Below are positions 1 through 12,983 of a stretch of 64,000 nucleotides of DNA, piece by piece. The notes under the pieces are model-generated. The model had not been told where the DNA came from, ran no database searches, and saw only the letters and a program-made list of their open reading frames with translations. The stretch's first letter is position 1. Each line of letters begins with the position of its first letter. The stretch comes from Selaginella moellendorffii. Lineage: Eukaryota; Plantae; Lycopodiophyta. The stretch lies in contig NW_003314376.1 in NCBI RefSeq assembly GCF_000143415.4, forward strand, positions 280,156 to 344,155. The letters run 5' to 3'. Made by a program: the position numbers and the translations under genes.

Positions 1-315
1 AAAGAACACTTTACAACAATAACAATAGGTAAACATTAGCAGTTTCTCAAGAAATTCTAAAAATGAGAAAAAATAAATATGTGAAAATTATAAATGCATA
101 ATCAAATGAAGCAAAGGCAACATACTTAAGGGCATTATAGTTAAAGGCAAAAGTTAAAAGTCTTAACATTAAACAACAATACCATCATTACAAGTATATA
201 ATTCTCAATTATGGAATTGATACTATAAATAAGAAGATTTACAACATCACAATAAACTAATTCCCATACATATACTTCCTACATTTGGTGAGTTTTTAAT
301 CCCTTATAAACATAT

Positions 316-493
316 TGTAAGGTTTGTAAATACATATATGTATACATATGTATTAGCTAGGTAATACACTATATATAGTATTATAGCATATGAACTATCC
401 ATTTGGGACCAAATCTGATCCATTCATTTTTGTATATAAGCATGGGTCTAAACCCTAATTAATATATCTAGTCCTATATCCTGAGCACTCACA
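316..493 (+). repeat. 5' LTR of the outer element (178 bp)
   Basis: TG...CA termini; direct similarity to 11108-11248 and reverse-complement similarity to 63087-63255. Confidence 0.85.
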
Positions 494-494
494 T

Positions 495-510
495 TAGTGG
501 AAGTGAAAGG
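495..510 (+). promoter_or_regulatory. Degenerate primer-binding site, probably tRNA-Ala
   Basis: TAGTGGAAGTGAAAGG directly after the LTR, compared with TGGTGGAGATGC, the complement of the mature tRNA-Ala 3' end. Differences are mostly G>A. Confidence 0.45.
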
Positions 511-1849
511 CACTGCAATTTATCCCTAAAGGGCAAAGCTTTTTGATAGTGCTTTGCTCTAGTGTTTGGGATTGTGCTTTTTTATTCTTATTTCTTCATT
601 CTATTATAGATCTAAATCTATATTAGCTTTTTGCAAAATTTAGAATTCTAATTATTGTTGTGCTTAGATCTGCTCTTTCTTTTAATCATCATTGCATTCT
701 CTTCCTCTACTATGCCATGCCATCATCGATCAAGAAGTATGTCACTTGAGGCTGCTAATACTGCTCCATTGGATCTAACTTTTAGTGCTGTCAAGTGTGA
801 TCATATTGGTATTGTGCCCATCCTTGATGTGTTGTTTGTTGGTCTCCACCTTTTGTGGGATGTGATTATACGGCTTATCCTGTTCTCAATGTTCTACCAT
901 CTCCTATTGATGTAGAGTGTGATTGTGATATTGATTGGTGAGCTATGGATGATGCAATTTAATTCTTGGAGAATGTTTGAGAATCAAGTTTGTGGAAAGA
1001 CAATGTGTACAAACTCGGGTGGATTCCAAAGTGTGATGATGAACTTGATTATTATGGAGATAATTTTGGAGATGAAATGGAGATTTCGTGAAATAGGTGT
1101 TAATATTTCAATCTGTTATCTAATCCTTTCTTTTTCCCTTCTGCTCTTTCCCAACTTTTTTTTTAATTTTTCGGCCTAAGCCACTTTCTCAAGTTCCTAG
1201 TATTTCTTCTTCATCTATAGTGTTTTCTTTTTTTGGCACGTCGATCATTTATGACTCTCATGATTTTAATTCTCAATCCAGTGTTGAGTTGAGTGTTTTC
1301 TATCCTCCTCATACTAATCTGGATATTGAGTGTATCCATGAAGTTGAGAATGTTGTTTTTGTTTCGTTGGTAGAGTTTTTAATTAGTTCTGGTATTGAGT
1401 ACTTCCCTGTTCCAAGGGTTGAGTCACTTTGGCCAGAGTTTTGGATTGAATGCATGTCCCCACTTGTGAGTGCCACTGAGAGCCTTTGCTTTATTATTGC
1501 TCACGAAGAGTTTATATATTCCCTTGAGAGTGTGAATGTTGTTATTGATTTTCCCATATCAAGTGTTGAGTTAGGTTGAGTGGTATGAATCTTTTGCTTA
1601 TATTGTGGCTGAAATATTTTACGAAAGGAAATCCCCTATTGACCAAGCTTTAAGTATATATTCTTTTGATTTTCCATTTTTGTATTGCCAGTTGTTGCAA
1701 ATTCCTTTTCCAATGCTTCTTTATCTACTTTTTCTTCTTCCACAATTGTTTTTCCTCAAGTTTTTTTGTTTTCTCCTTTTTGCCTTATCACTTCAAACAT
1801 TTTTTTCTTTAGAGGAAGGAGTAGAGGGGATGGATGGGAGTCCGGCCCC

Positions 1850-1960
1850 GATGATGGAGTGAGGACGAGCGAATACGATAGTGGAGTGAGGACGAATGAT
1901 ATGGATTGAAATGCGATAGTGGAGTGAGGCTGGGCATAGATGGCGGAGTGAGGACAAGTG
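1850..1960. repeat. Four short dispersed direct repeats of GGAGTGAGG(AC)
   Basis: Motif recurs four times about 27-38 bp apart. Confidence 0.7.
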
Positions 1961-2665
1961 TAGTAAGTCCAAAAGGAGCTAGTGTTTTAAAACTTTTTTT
2001 TCTTCGAGGAGGGGATAAGGAGAATGTGAAAGACAAATGGAGAGTCTGACCTCCCTAGTGCAAAGTTATGGTTGCATGGTTGGTTTGAGCATTTGGGAGT
2101 TGCATAAAGAGTTGCAACTGGTTCATTAAAGTTCTATAGTGGGCTAATAATTATGCCATGGCTTTCAATTTTATTTCAGTCATGGTTATCAGCAACTTTA
2201 TTGGTGGTTTTGTGGGAGTTTTAGATTCTTGTGGTAATTTATAATTGCCCAACATAAGTAGAAAGGTACATGCATTTTTGCATCATGATTATCGCACAAA
2301 GGCATTTCCTGAGTCAGGAATTGAGATCAGGATTACTTCCGGTCTAAATTCCTAACTTGGATGACTAGGCATGTAGTGGTTATATAGGTTGGTGATAGCA
2401 CGCCAGACCTATCCCGTTTCTATTGTTTATATCCTTGGCCATAATAACATACACTCCACTTGCTCAACATCTACTCTTCTCATCCATGCCTATTTTACTC
2501 ACCGCCTTCTGGGGATCAAGGCTATGAGATATGCATCAATCTCAACATCAACGTCTTTGCAACAACACATGGCTAAGTATTTCTTTTCTTTTTATGTTTG
2601 CATCTAGTTTAAATTAGAGAGGATTCACAAGATCATTGTAAAGGTGATTTTGTAGTTCTCCACTT

Positions 2666-2682
2666 TGGCAACCACGGTGGGA
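2666..2682 (+). promoter_or_regulatory. Primer-binding site complementary to tRNA-Arg(UCG)
   Basis: TGGCAACCACGGTGGGA compared with TGGCGACCACAGTGGGA (complement of plant tRNA-Arg 3' end + CCA, recalled from memory); 3 nt after a CA. Confidence 0.7.
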
Positions 2683-3526
2683 TAGTTGAAGTGAGGAGCA
2701 CCCAAAGAATAAATATTGGAAGCCTTAGCCACAATTAAAAGAAGAAGTTGAAGTCAAGAATTAAGGGAAAAGTCAAAAAGAGACAAAAGGAAGAAAAACC
2801 ACAAAAATCTACAGCAAGAAGCATGGCAATCATGCTAGAGACCAAGCGCTTAAAGACTACGATCATCTAGTGATTGCACACTTCTCAGAAAGTCCAAGCA
2901 TCTTCCATAACTGCCTCTTGGCGAGAGGTTGAAGATGAAGAATATTTTGCATATTAGAATATTTGAAGAATCTTTGATAAGAAATTAGAGCAAGCAAGTG
3001 TTAACGAGCATGAAAACATGAAGAACACTTGAAGATTGAAGCCACCTAAGTCGTGGAAAACTTGGAGTGTGAGCATAATCATTTTTAGCAAGAGGTTGAA
3101 GAAAACAAATATATCAAGAATCTGCGACAAGGAAATGACCAAAGGAAAATCCTAGCAGCTGGCGATGGAGGAAGAATGAAAAAGCACGACTGCCTATTTG
3201 GAGACAGAAGTTGTACAAGATACGAGGATTGCCTTTTGTGTGGTTTTAGAAATTGTGCAAAACCATACAAGCAGTGCTATCCAAAATGGTGATGCAACAC
3301 TTGCAAGCAAGCAAAAGCAAGACTTCGAATCAGGGATGAAAATGTCATAGCAGAAGAAATAAAGGAACGAGAAGAAATAGCCCAAGAAGACAACACCAAA
3401 AAGAGTAATGATAGTTTAGAAAAAGAAGAGAAACAAAGCTTTGGTTGCTTTCAAAAATTTCAAGAAACACTTTTGCAACTCTTTTATAAATTGTCTAGCA
3501 AATAGGAAGAATACAAAAATGAGGAA

Positions 3527-3994
3527 ATGTTGAAAGAAAAACATGTTTACTTCGATTTCTTTGCAACTCGAAGAACCCTGACTTGGGTGTATTGCGGACA
3601 CATCTTTCAACAAACAATTATCGAATTCCTAGGCATACATAAATATGAAACTTTTCAACCATTAACGCTTATTTTCAACACTGATTTGACAAGAGTTTTA
3701 GTAGCAACAGAGTATGGAACCTTTGAACCACAAGTTCGTTGGTTTATTGACACACTTAGATTTAGAGATTTTGAAGAGAATGCAAAATTACTTTACCGAA
3801 TTCTTCAAAGTCCTCTGGGTATAATGCTACCAACAAGCACTCTTAACGAACTATACACTATAGCATATTGGCATTGTTTAGAACGGACAAGAAAAGCTGG
3901 AGAATTAAGGAATCAAGAACAAGGCAATCAACAAATTCGAATTGAGAATTTGAGTTCAAGAAACCGATGGGAACTTGAACTTGTGACAAGTTAA
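3527..3994 (+). pseudogene. Fragment of an extra 5' ORF of the inner retrotransposon, function unknown
   Basis: 155-aa open frame between the PBS and gag with protein-like composition; flanked by further broken ORF pieces (about 2820-4370). Confidence 0.4.
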
Positions 3995-5160
3995 AGGGAA
4001 CATCTTGGAAGCTCAAGGATTACAAATCGAAGGAGGAGAAATTTAAGACGGAATCACAATGGGCCAAGATTAAATACAGTAACAAATTTCAACTTTGACA
4101 CTAAGGTCCAACGTCGAAACCCCAGCTTAGAAATATACATAACTCACAACCAACAAGGAAGAGTGCGTCCAAGGAATTTCAACATTTTAAGGAGTATTTT
4201 AGGAGATCCTATGTCAAGGTTACAAACTTACAATGCAAAAATATTAATTGAGACTATACCTTGGGAAGTTTGTGAAGCAATCGACTCTAATCGTGGAAGA
4301 GAACGTGCTATACGACAGAGGGAAGTAGAACAAGACCGGCAAGAACTGCCTCAGGGAAATGCACCATGACAAAATCGACCATAGAGAAAAACGCATTGGA
4401 TAGATTTGCGCACACATAGGCTTACAGCAACAAGAATCTGTTAGAATCCATACTTTGACGTGTGGACGTCACTTGAGACAAGAAACATACAAGAATTAGG
4501 ACATTAAAAAAATACAACCACTGTTGTATTCAGCATCTTCAAATCTTACCAACGGCTAGGAAGCACAAAAGCTCATAGTGAGAGCTTGCATTCCAAAACA
4601 ACTAATACATTGTAAGAGATTAAAACAATTGTTCAAGATTGGACTACTAGAAAGAATTGCAATCATTTGCATACCTACTCGATCCCAAAGTTGGCGAGCA
4701 GTAACCAAATTTACTAGCAAACAGCTAAATCGATCAATTTATGACAAAACAAACCTCCTTCCAACAAACAAAATCATGCTTGCTTACACCATCAGATTTT
4801 TTTTCAAATACAAGACCTTATCTGAGCTAGACTCAGGAAAGTGACCTTGAGATAAAACTCGAGAAGAATCGAGAAAGAAAAACTCGATTGAAGACTCAAG
4901 ATACAAGAGCTTGACTTCACATTTAAACAACAAAACCAAACTTGCAGAAGACTCAAGACACAAGAGCTTGACTTTGCAATCTATGAAGAACAACAATTGA
5001 CAAAAGATCACTTAGGCAAAACACAAATTCAAGAAACTTACCTCGACATTCAAGTTGAGAAGACTTAGCAAACTGAATGTACAAATAGAAACCAGACCCA
5101 ATCAAGATCCGGGAAAGAGATCTTCAACAAAAGAATCGAGAAGTGAAAAAGGAAGAGGTA

Positions 5161-8100
5161 GTAAAAGAGAAATTAGAATAACAACAGCAACAAATTTTAG
5201 AAACAATTTTAAACAAGTATGACAAAGAGGATAAACAAATTCAAGTTGCCGAGTCGAGCAACCCAGTTAAAGATAACAAAGAACTGAATATCAAAGACGT
5301 TCCAGAGTTTGAGGCATTTGAAGAAGCAGAATACATAGCACCAGAGTTTTACTCGAATCCGGATTCACCAGAACAACAACTCAACCAACAAAGTCTACAA
5401 CTACCTATGGCAATCATCAACTCGATAAGTACAATTGGAAGCATGATTACATATCCAATTTTCATAGGCAGTAAGACAGAAGATTCTGAATTACATGTAA
5501 AACAATTCAACCAGATTGTTAAGATGAACAATCAAGAACAGCATCATGCCATACTTTTCCCATACACACTTAAAGGAAAAGCATTTGAGTGGTATAATAC
5601 TCTAGAGGATTCTGTACCACATGACGAGAAACTTGAACTATTCAAGGAATAGTTCCCAACCGGAGGAACACTGGAGGAGCATTATGAGCAAATTAAGAAT
5701 ATAAAACAGCGACCAAAGGAAGGAATTCAAGACTATATTAGACGATTCAAATTACATGCAAAGAAATGTAAAGATCTCATCATCAACAAAGGCAAGAGTT
5801 TGTCTTATATACAAAGATTATGAGAAGCCTATTGCAACATGATCGCATTGGCTGATACACCTGATGAAGAAAGTGTTGATTCACTGTCTCAAGGAGTCTT
5901 AAAACTTGAGAAACGGTTTAAGCAGTTCACTAAAGGTGAATCTTCTCATGTTAATGATGACTCGGATGATGAAGAGGAAGAAATACTAATCAGGACCAAA
6001 AAGAAACAAACATAGGGCAAATACATTAGACATGTATTGAAGAAGTTAGCTTCAACGGAACTTAAACAAGGAGTCTTTTGTACAAAATGCAAAAATGAAG
6101 GACATTCTGTTTCAGATTGTAAATTCCATTTACCCAAATGTCAGATTTGTGATAGAGAAGGACATATAGCCAAAAATTGTCGATATAGGAATACCACCGA
6201 AGTTACATAAGTGGAAAATGTTCAACGAGGAACACCACGACAAAATTATCAAGGAAACAACAACCAAGAACAAAAACCACCAAGAAACTATTACTACCAA
6301 GATAATCAACAATATAATCAAGGATATAATCGTGGATATAATTCCCCACAAAATCAAAACTATAGTCAAGGACAAAATGATTATAGAGGCAATTACAACC
6401 AACAAGGATACAATGGACACCAAAACAATTATCAACGTCCACAAGGGAACAACTACAACCAAAGCCAACAAAGGCAATATAACAATTACAACAATCAAGC
6501 ATCGCAACAGAATTATCAACCAAGACAAAATCAACCACAAGAAAATCAAATTCGACAACAATAAAATCCACAAAACCAAAGAGTCAATCAAGCTCCTGCT
6601 GAAAGACTACTAGCAGCACGAGTAATTCAAGCAGAAGTTGATGTAGAAGATGAAGAACAACTAAGGACTAAAAAACCAAAAGTTTTGGCAATCACAAGAA
6701 CACAATATGAATGTCAACAATCTGATAATTATGAAGAACAAAATGAAAGTGATCACACATTAGAAATCAAGAATACCGAGTGGAAAAAGAGTAAGAAAAT
6801 ACTTAACACCATTCAACAAGAGCTTCAAAACAAAGATCCCGAAATTATTAATGATAAAATATACAATTGAGATGACCAAACTCAAGTATTAAGCTTTACT
6901 TAAGAAGAGCATACAACCATTGCCGAGCACATACTACATCAGGGAATTACTTTGACCCTATAACAGATATTGCAAATAGCACCATATATGAAAGACCAAA
7001 TCTTAAAGATATATACTCGAAGGATCCCTGAAGCTCGTACACAAGAAAAACACCAATCTCAACCAACACAACAAGAACAAGTTGAAATAATCCAACTCAG
7101 TGATTATGATGATAATGTACCTTGTATCAATGTACACATCGGCAAAAATCATATTGAAAGAGCTATCCTTGATGGAGGTTCCGGGGTTAATATCATTGAA
7201 TATGCACTATGCAAAGCTTTAGGATTGAGCAATATACAAATTGCACCATTCAATGTACGCATGGCTGATCAAAGAGTTGTCAGACCAGTAGGTCATGTCT
7301 CTATAACAGTCAAAGGACATAAGTTTAAAGTTAACTTTGTTGTGTTAAAAATGCCAATTGAAGAATCTTCTTATGAAATCTTGTTAGGCAGACCTTGGCT
7401 TAACAAAGTTGTTTCTGCACAGTATTGGATGGAACATGAGATATGTATCCAATCCCAACAAGGATAAACTAAAATATCAACAATGACAAGTAAGAAAATC
7501 TCAAGAAGTTTCCGACCAACACAAGTTCAAGAATACAATTGGCAAGAAAGCTTAGACGATCTTGAAGAAGCTAAATTATTTGAAGCATATCTTGAACTTA
7601 AGGTAATTCAAGAAATTGACCTCAACAGGATACTTCTTGTAACCAAGTGTCAAGACTATGAAGATTCAAAACAACCCAATTTAAAGAAGACACATACAAC
7701 AAAAACCACCATACAAAAAGCAAGACCAGCAATACAACCAGAACAACTACAAACTACAGAATATCACCTAGATATACAAGATGAACCAGCACTCACCACT
7801 GAAAATCAAGAATTCAAACTTCGCATAAATATTAATGAAGATATTGAAGAATTAAATCTAGGGGTTCCCTCAAACCCGCAAAACGTCTTAATAGCTACAC
7901 AGCTCGACAAACCTTTTAAACTTGGTGCTACTGCACTCCTTACTAAGTATAAGGATGTCATTGCTTGGTCATATAAAGACCTCAAGGGTATACCACTTGA
8001 TTTATATACACATCGAATCGAATTACTTCCAGGAATTCGACCCATTAAACAAACTACTTACCGGATGAATCCAACATTTGCTGAGAAAGTAAAAGCTGAA

Positions 8101-10662
8101 ATCAACAAGCTCCTTGAAGCAGGATTTATATATCCAATACAAAATGCCTAATGGCTATCACCTTTAGTCATTGTACCCAAGAAAAATGGGAAATTACACA
8201 TCTATGTGAACTACAAGAAGATAAATGATGCCACTATGAAAGATGCCTTTCCCATCCCATTTTCAAATGAAATACTTGATGCCGTTGCCGGTCATGAGAT
8301 GTACCCATTTCTTGACGGTTTTTCTGGCTACAATCAAGTACATATAGCTATTGAGGATCAACATAAAACAGCTTTCATAAGTCCATAGGGAGCATATGCA
8401 TACATGCGAATGCCATTTGGATTAACCAATGCCCCATTTACATTTCAACGAATCATTACCGATACTTTCCAAGATTATCTCACAGATTTCATGCAAGTCT
8501 TTATGGATGACTTTAGTGTCTTTGGACATAAAGACAAACACCTTGAATACCTCGAGAAATGTTTTATCAAATGCAGACAAAACCAAGTTGCTCTGAATCC
8601 TGAAAAATGTACTTTCTTTGTTAAATCAGGCATACTACTTGGCCACATTGTTTCCACTCAAGGCATTCAAATCAATAAAGCTAAAACCGACGTCATTATG
8701 AAAATGCAACCACCTCACAATCTCAAAAGCTTGCGCAGTTTTTTGGGCAAAATGGGTTACCATATAAGATTTATCAAGGACTATGCCAAAGTCGTTACAC
8801 TATTAACTTAATTACTTAAGAAAGACAAATTCTATCATTGGACTCAAGAATGTCAGCAAACATTCTTGGTACTCAAAGAAAAACTTACATAGGCACCAAT
8901 TCTGGTTCAACCAAACTAGACTCAAGAATTTCTTGTACAAGTTGATGCCTCTGACTATGCATTAGGAGCAATTCTTTGCCAAAGGAAAGATAATCATCAT
9001 GATCACCCCATATATTATGCAAGTCGACAACTTTCTCCACCTGAAATGAATTATAGAACTATAGAAAAAGAAGCCTTAGGCATGATATATGCCTTGACAA
9101 CATTCCGACATTATTTACTTTCCAACAAAGTCAAAATATTTGTTGATCATCAAGCATTGATTCATCTACTCAACAAACCCATCCTTAGCGGATGAATAGA
9201 AAGATGGTTTTTGTTATTACAAGAATTCAATTTTGAAATAGTTCACAAACCTGGCAAATACCATGAACAAGCTGATCAACTTAGCATAATTACAACCGGA
9301 GAAAATATATAAGACCCCAATGATGACTTACCTGATTCGCATCTCTTTAAGATTATCACCCACGATACACTTCAAGAAATCTTTCATTATTTAATTACTA
9401 CAAAACTTCCCACATCATGTACCACGCAAGATCAAAAGAAACAATTCATCTTGAGGACATGACGATACTCAGTCGGAGGAGGAAGACTCTATAGAATTGG
9501 ATGTGATAATATATTAAGAAGATGTGTACGTTCACAAGAAGAGATACACGAGTTACTAGAAGAGGCTCATATTGGTTGTTTTGGAGAGCATTTTGCAGAA
9601 GAAATTACAACAAGGAAAATATTGCAAGCAAGCCTATGGTGGCCTACATTATGGAAAGACACTTCACAGTTTTGTCAAACTTGTGATATTTGTCAGTGTA
9701 CACAATTTCCACCCAAGAAACAAACACAAGAACTAAATCTAACTATAGCAATGGAACCTTTCCAAAGATGGGGCCTAGATTTTGTAGGACCTATACAAAA
9801 GAGCAGAAATGGAAATTAATATATTTTGGTGGCAACAGATTATATGACAAAATGGGCAGAAGCCCAACCACTCAAGAAAGCGACAGCAAGGAATACAGTA
9901 AAGTTTCTTTATGAAACGATTATCACAAGATATGGATTACCTCGAGAAATAGTAATGGATAGAGGAACACATTTCCTCAATGAAACAATCAAGATTTTAC
10001 TAGACAAATTCTTCATCAAACATAAGAAATATACACTATATTATCCTCAAGGCAACAGCCAAGCTGAATCCACAAACAAAACACTCAAGAATATATTGAA
10101 GAAAATAGTGCAAACCAATCTTAAAGATTGGGATAATAGAGTTTATGATGCTCTTTGGGGAATAGCATATAAAGTTTCAACAAATTCAACTCCATTCAAA
10201 TTAGCTTATGGACTTAAAGCTTTGACACCATTACAATATACTCTACCATCCTTGAGAATGGCAATTCAGCTGCAAATTAATCAAAAAGAATCGATCAAGA
10301 AAAGATTGGCTATGCTAGAAAAGTTAGATGAAGAAAGATTATATGCTTTATGGACAATTGAAGCCATACAAGCAAGGAGAAAAGCTTATCACGATAGAAA
10401 ACAAATTAAAAAGAAAATTGATAGATTTGAAGTTAGAAATTTTGTTCTATGGTATAGAGGAAATGTCGACAAAATTGGAGGCAAATTGGTACACCAATGG
10501 GAACGACCATTCAAGATCACAAGCATGCAAACACCTGGCACAGCTCATTTAGCGACACTCGATAATAAAGAAATTCAAATAGTTAATCTCGAGAAAATAT
10601 CAAGAACCAAGTATAGCGTATATGCAAGCCAAGCACACCATGCTGGAATTGACTACCAATGA
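5161..10662 (+). pseudogene. gag-pol of the inner gypsy element, single frame with many nonsense mutations
   Basis: Gag YTLKGKAFEWY; two CCHC knuckles 6079-6180; protease ILDGGSGVNI; RT FLDGFSGYNQ/MPFGLTNAP/FMDDF; RNase H VDASDYALGA; integrase HHCC, WGLDFVGP, MDRGTHF, QAESTNK. All ORF pieces share one frame. Confidence 0.95.
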
Positions 10663-11107
10663 AACAAATACAACTTGCGTTGTCCACAAAACAAATCCAC
10701 AACAATTACAAACAACTCTACTCAATCAAAGACTTAGTGAAAATGCAAGAACACCATATGAACGAAACAATAAAACAACCCTGACGGCGAGGAAACGTGC
10801 ACTAGAACAGCACAAGGGTAAGCTTGAGTGGAAAGCAAATCTTGAGATCACAAGTGCATTAGAGAGTGATCATCAGCTAAGCACCCTTACCCATCTCAAA
10901 CGAGTGCATTAGATTCTAAGAAACACACCAATTGAGAGAAACAAGAAGAAAGCAAGTAGACAAGAGAGTGCCCACAAAAGAAGCAAGAAGAGTGTGTTCA
11001 TGGGTATAGAAAGAGTGCTCATATCTTTCCTTCTATTTGCATCACAGGTACAACAGCATTCTCAATAGCGCTGAAGAGTCGACACAATGCGAACCAAGCA
11101 AACTCCC

Positions 11108-11248
11108 ATGTATATATATGTATTACCCTACCTAGGTAATACACTAATTATAGTAGTATAACATATCGACTGTTCATTTGGGACTAAATCTGATCCATCC
11201 ATTCTTGTATATAAGTAGGGGCCTAATCCTTTATACTGAGCACTCACA
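11108..11248 (+). repeat. 3' LTR of the outer element, lacking its first ~20 bp
   Basis: Aligns with 338-493. Confidence 0.8.
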
Positions 11249-11745
11249 ATATATATTTTATATATTATATGGCTTTTGGGATGGAACCAAATCTTAAAAT
11301 TTGGATTCACTACAATATCTTAATATGGGGGGTTTATGACATTGGAAAAGAACTAGATATTGGTATTTTATTTGAATTTGATATATATTTATAAATAAAC
11401 ATTTACTTATAAATTACTCATAAAATTACAAAAGGACATTTTTTAAAGTTACACTTAAATGGATTTTATAGTAATAAATGTATATTCAGTAATACTCAAT
11501 ATAGTGAATTTATTCTGTAAATTAGGTCAGAAGGTAAAACCTCTATTAAATAGGAAATATTGCCACTCAGATCTAAATATTATTTAAATTTTAAGTTTTA
11601 AGAAATACCTGTTTAATAAAAATATTGCCACGAAAACATTAAGAAATTATTCTTTCGTGTACCAGAATATTTGAAAATATTTTTAGTGACTCCTTTCGCT
11701 CTCTCTATTATCAGATCTGTATAGGACTACATTAAGTTGTACATT

Positions 11746-11999
11746 CTTGAGGTCAGTAGGAAGGCATTGATTTGCTTGTTACAACTTACAAGTTCCAAAG
11801 GCATTAGTTTGGTTTTGGTAAAAGATCCAGGCAGGACAACATGCTTGGAATACAAGGAATGGAGAGAGGCCACCTTGAAACAAAATCCATCACCTAGTAA
11901 GCTTTTAATAATTGGTTTCTTTGGATTGATCAAGCATGCCCAATATCTCTATTTATTTGTTCAGAAAAGGAAATGCACTTAAATTTTGAAAGAATGTGA
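11746..11999 (+). pseudogene. Duplicated 3' exons of ORC6
   Basis: DPGRTTCLEYKEWREA...KQNPSP and ...LNFERM* match the terminal exons of ORC6 at 19269-19530; further copies near 49000, 54480-54740 and 63440. Confidence 0.85.
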
Positions 12000-12481
12000 A
12001 GGTGACGTTTCCAATTTTGAACTTTTGTAAGAAAAACAAGTTACTCATTTCAAAAGACTTTTAGCTATACAAATATGTAGCTAAATATGTTTACTAGCAA
12101 ACCAAAATACCAATTAAAATTAGTGTTTAGACAATTTGATTGGTACAGAAGACCATACCAGTTGATTTATATTGTGTTGGTTTTACCAATTTCTTTACTC
12201 ATCCTCTTGCATAACACTGCAAAGCAAAACACTATCCCTTTTCCTCCTCCTCTTGTGATTACTATTACTATAATATGTATTATTATTATAAGCATTAGTA
12301 ACATTCTTCATGGTTGCCTGCAGATGCAGCTTCTTGGCTATAGAAACTTGCTGGAGATGGTGGGCTTTCCACAGCTCATCTCTCAAAAGGCTCTTCAAAT
12401 GCAACAAAAGCTACCAGAATCTCCAAGGATGAGTATTAGAATGGTGAAAAGAAAAGTTTAGCATTTTTGTTTCCTTGCTAA

Positions 12482-12538
12482 GGGGAGATAGTTCAGATGG
12501 TAGAGCGCTCGCTTAGGGATCAATAACCAGCATCTCCA
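12482..12538 (+). pseudogene. tRNA-Ala pseudogene with a 16-nt internal deletion
   Basis: GGGGAGATAGTTCAGATGGTAGAGCGCTCGCTTA|GGGATCAATAACCAGCATCTCCA; the 3' anticodon arm and variable region are missing. Confidence 0.9.
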
Positions 12539-12983
12539 AATATGTTTGATTATTGGATCGTTCCAGGCGTTTTGACCGATTTTACTGGTGTTGACCTCTG
12601 GGGGAGCTATGGATGGATGTTGCACCGTGAGACTAGCAATCTTGTGTTTCTTTTTCCCACTTTTTTGCAAACGAGTAAAAAAGTTTCGTTCGCTGCAAGT
12701 ACATTAGGATTGAGCCTGGAAAGGAGTTGCCATCAAATTAAAGATGCCTTACCTTTTTGAAATATTGAGCATTTCGTGATTGTGAGATTAAATCGCTGTT
12801 CACATCTAGGTTTGGGCTCTTTGGCATGCTCAGTTCAAGTCCGACAATCCACAGCGTCACAAGCTCTTGTTTTTTTCACAAAGCCAAAAGTACCTCTTTA
12901 TTTTCTATTTTCTAAGTCAAGGGTTAGGTTATAATCTTTCTCGCTTGGATTTTTCTATTGTCGAAGCTCTCGTCAGGTAAGCT

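Larger units (their letters stand above)
2372..11107 (+). mobile_element. Nested inner Ty3/gypsy retrotransposon (non-chromovirus-like), 3' LTR missing; left boundary approximate
   Basis: Putative LTR end CA at 2662, tRNA-Arg PBS at 2666-2682, switch to an A-rich sense strand, and gag-PR-RT-RH-IN domain order. Confidence 0.75.
316..11248 (+). mobile_element. Decayed Ty3/gypsy-type LTR element (outer element) with short LTRs; hosts a nested element
   Basis: Starts TG (316) and ends CA (11248). 5' LTR is 316-493 and a similar, 5'-truncated 3' LTR is ~11108-11248; both end GAGCACTCACA. ATAT TSD at 312-315 and 11249-11252. An empty paralogous site lies at ~43660 (AAACATATATATTTTATATA). The leader resembles that of the element at 43910-48973. 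Confidence 0.85.

Noticed and set aside
1850-1960. Short repeats with spacers suggesting a CRISPR-like array
   Set aside because: Eukaryotic retroelement context, repeats only 9-11 bp, irregular spacing, no cas genes
6130-6613. Hydrophobic or Ile/Thr-rich ORFs overlapping the Gag Q/N tract
   Set aside because: Alternative-frame and antisense shadows of low-complexity CAA/AAC codons
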